From sequence record LC739536.1: a stretch of DNA of 64,000 nt. One strand, written 5' to 3'. The position numbers and the translations under genes are program-made. The number at the start of each line of letters is the position of its first letter. Within the stretch, counting starts at the first letter, position 1. A model generated the notes under the pieces. It searched no databases, had not been told where the DNA came from, and was given only the letters and a program-made list of their open reading frames with translations. Positions 63,817 through 64,000 of this stretch are shown here, one piece after another. This DNA comes from Escherichia phage phiWec187.

Positions 63817-64000
63817 ATGGAACTTAATAAAGACACGCTTTGGGAACTCTATAAAACGTTCAGTGGAACGAAAGAGAAAAAGCAAACCCAACAAAATTCC
63901 ACTCCAGAAGAAACACCTGCTACTATCGTCAAACAAAATAAATTTGACGAAGAAAAAATGCAAGTGATTGAAGTGATGTATTGTCCACCAGAACACGATG
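63817..64000 (+). CDS. hypothetical late protein (partial, 3-prime end beyond window)
   Basis: ATG 63817 with GAGGA RBS; ORF runs to window end. Confidence 0.5.
   Translation, partial: MELNKDTLWELYKTFSGTKEKKQTQQNSTPEETPATIVKQNKFDEEKMQVIEVMYCPPEHD

Noticed and set aside
63745-63996. Minus-strand 83-aa ORF
   Set aside because: Antisense to the promoter and start of the plus-strand late gene beginning at 63817.

Overview
AT-rich window from a large virulent dsDNA phage; gene content resembles T5/T4-type phages (inference from content only, no database search run). Layout: (i) 1-2711, plus-strand cassette of small genes, each behind a near-consensus sigma70 promoter and a GC-rich leader stem-loop; (ii) 2713-4820, a 2.1 kb ORF-free region packed with direct repeats, iteron-like repeats and palindromes; (iii) 4821-16125, about 45 tightly packed small plus-strand genes of unknown function, including duplicated paralog families; (iv) 16226-51638, minus-strand early block: Sir2-like protein, C5-cytosine and N6-adenine DNA methyltransferases, serine recombinase, Ser/Thr phosphatase, HslV-like peptidase, PhoH, T4-type lysozyme, glutaredoxin, a complete dTDP-L-rhamnose operon (rmlBACD), NrdA/NrdB, ThyX, thymidine kinase, HNH endonuclease, nucleases, RdgC-like protein, ATP-dependent ligase, and a Pnk kinase / Rnl1 RNA ligase / metallophosphoesterase RNA-repair cassette; (v) 52048-54746, Prs-like plus Nampt/NadV-like NAD+ module; (vi) 55535-58453, array of about 17 tRNA genes with several non-canonical members; (vii) 58657-64000, spanin pair, terminase large subunit interrupted by a 158-aa mini-intein in its Walker A motif, portal candidate and start of a further late gene. 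All calls rest on motif recognition by eye in the supplied translations; none was verified by search.
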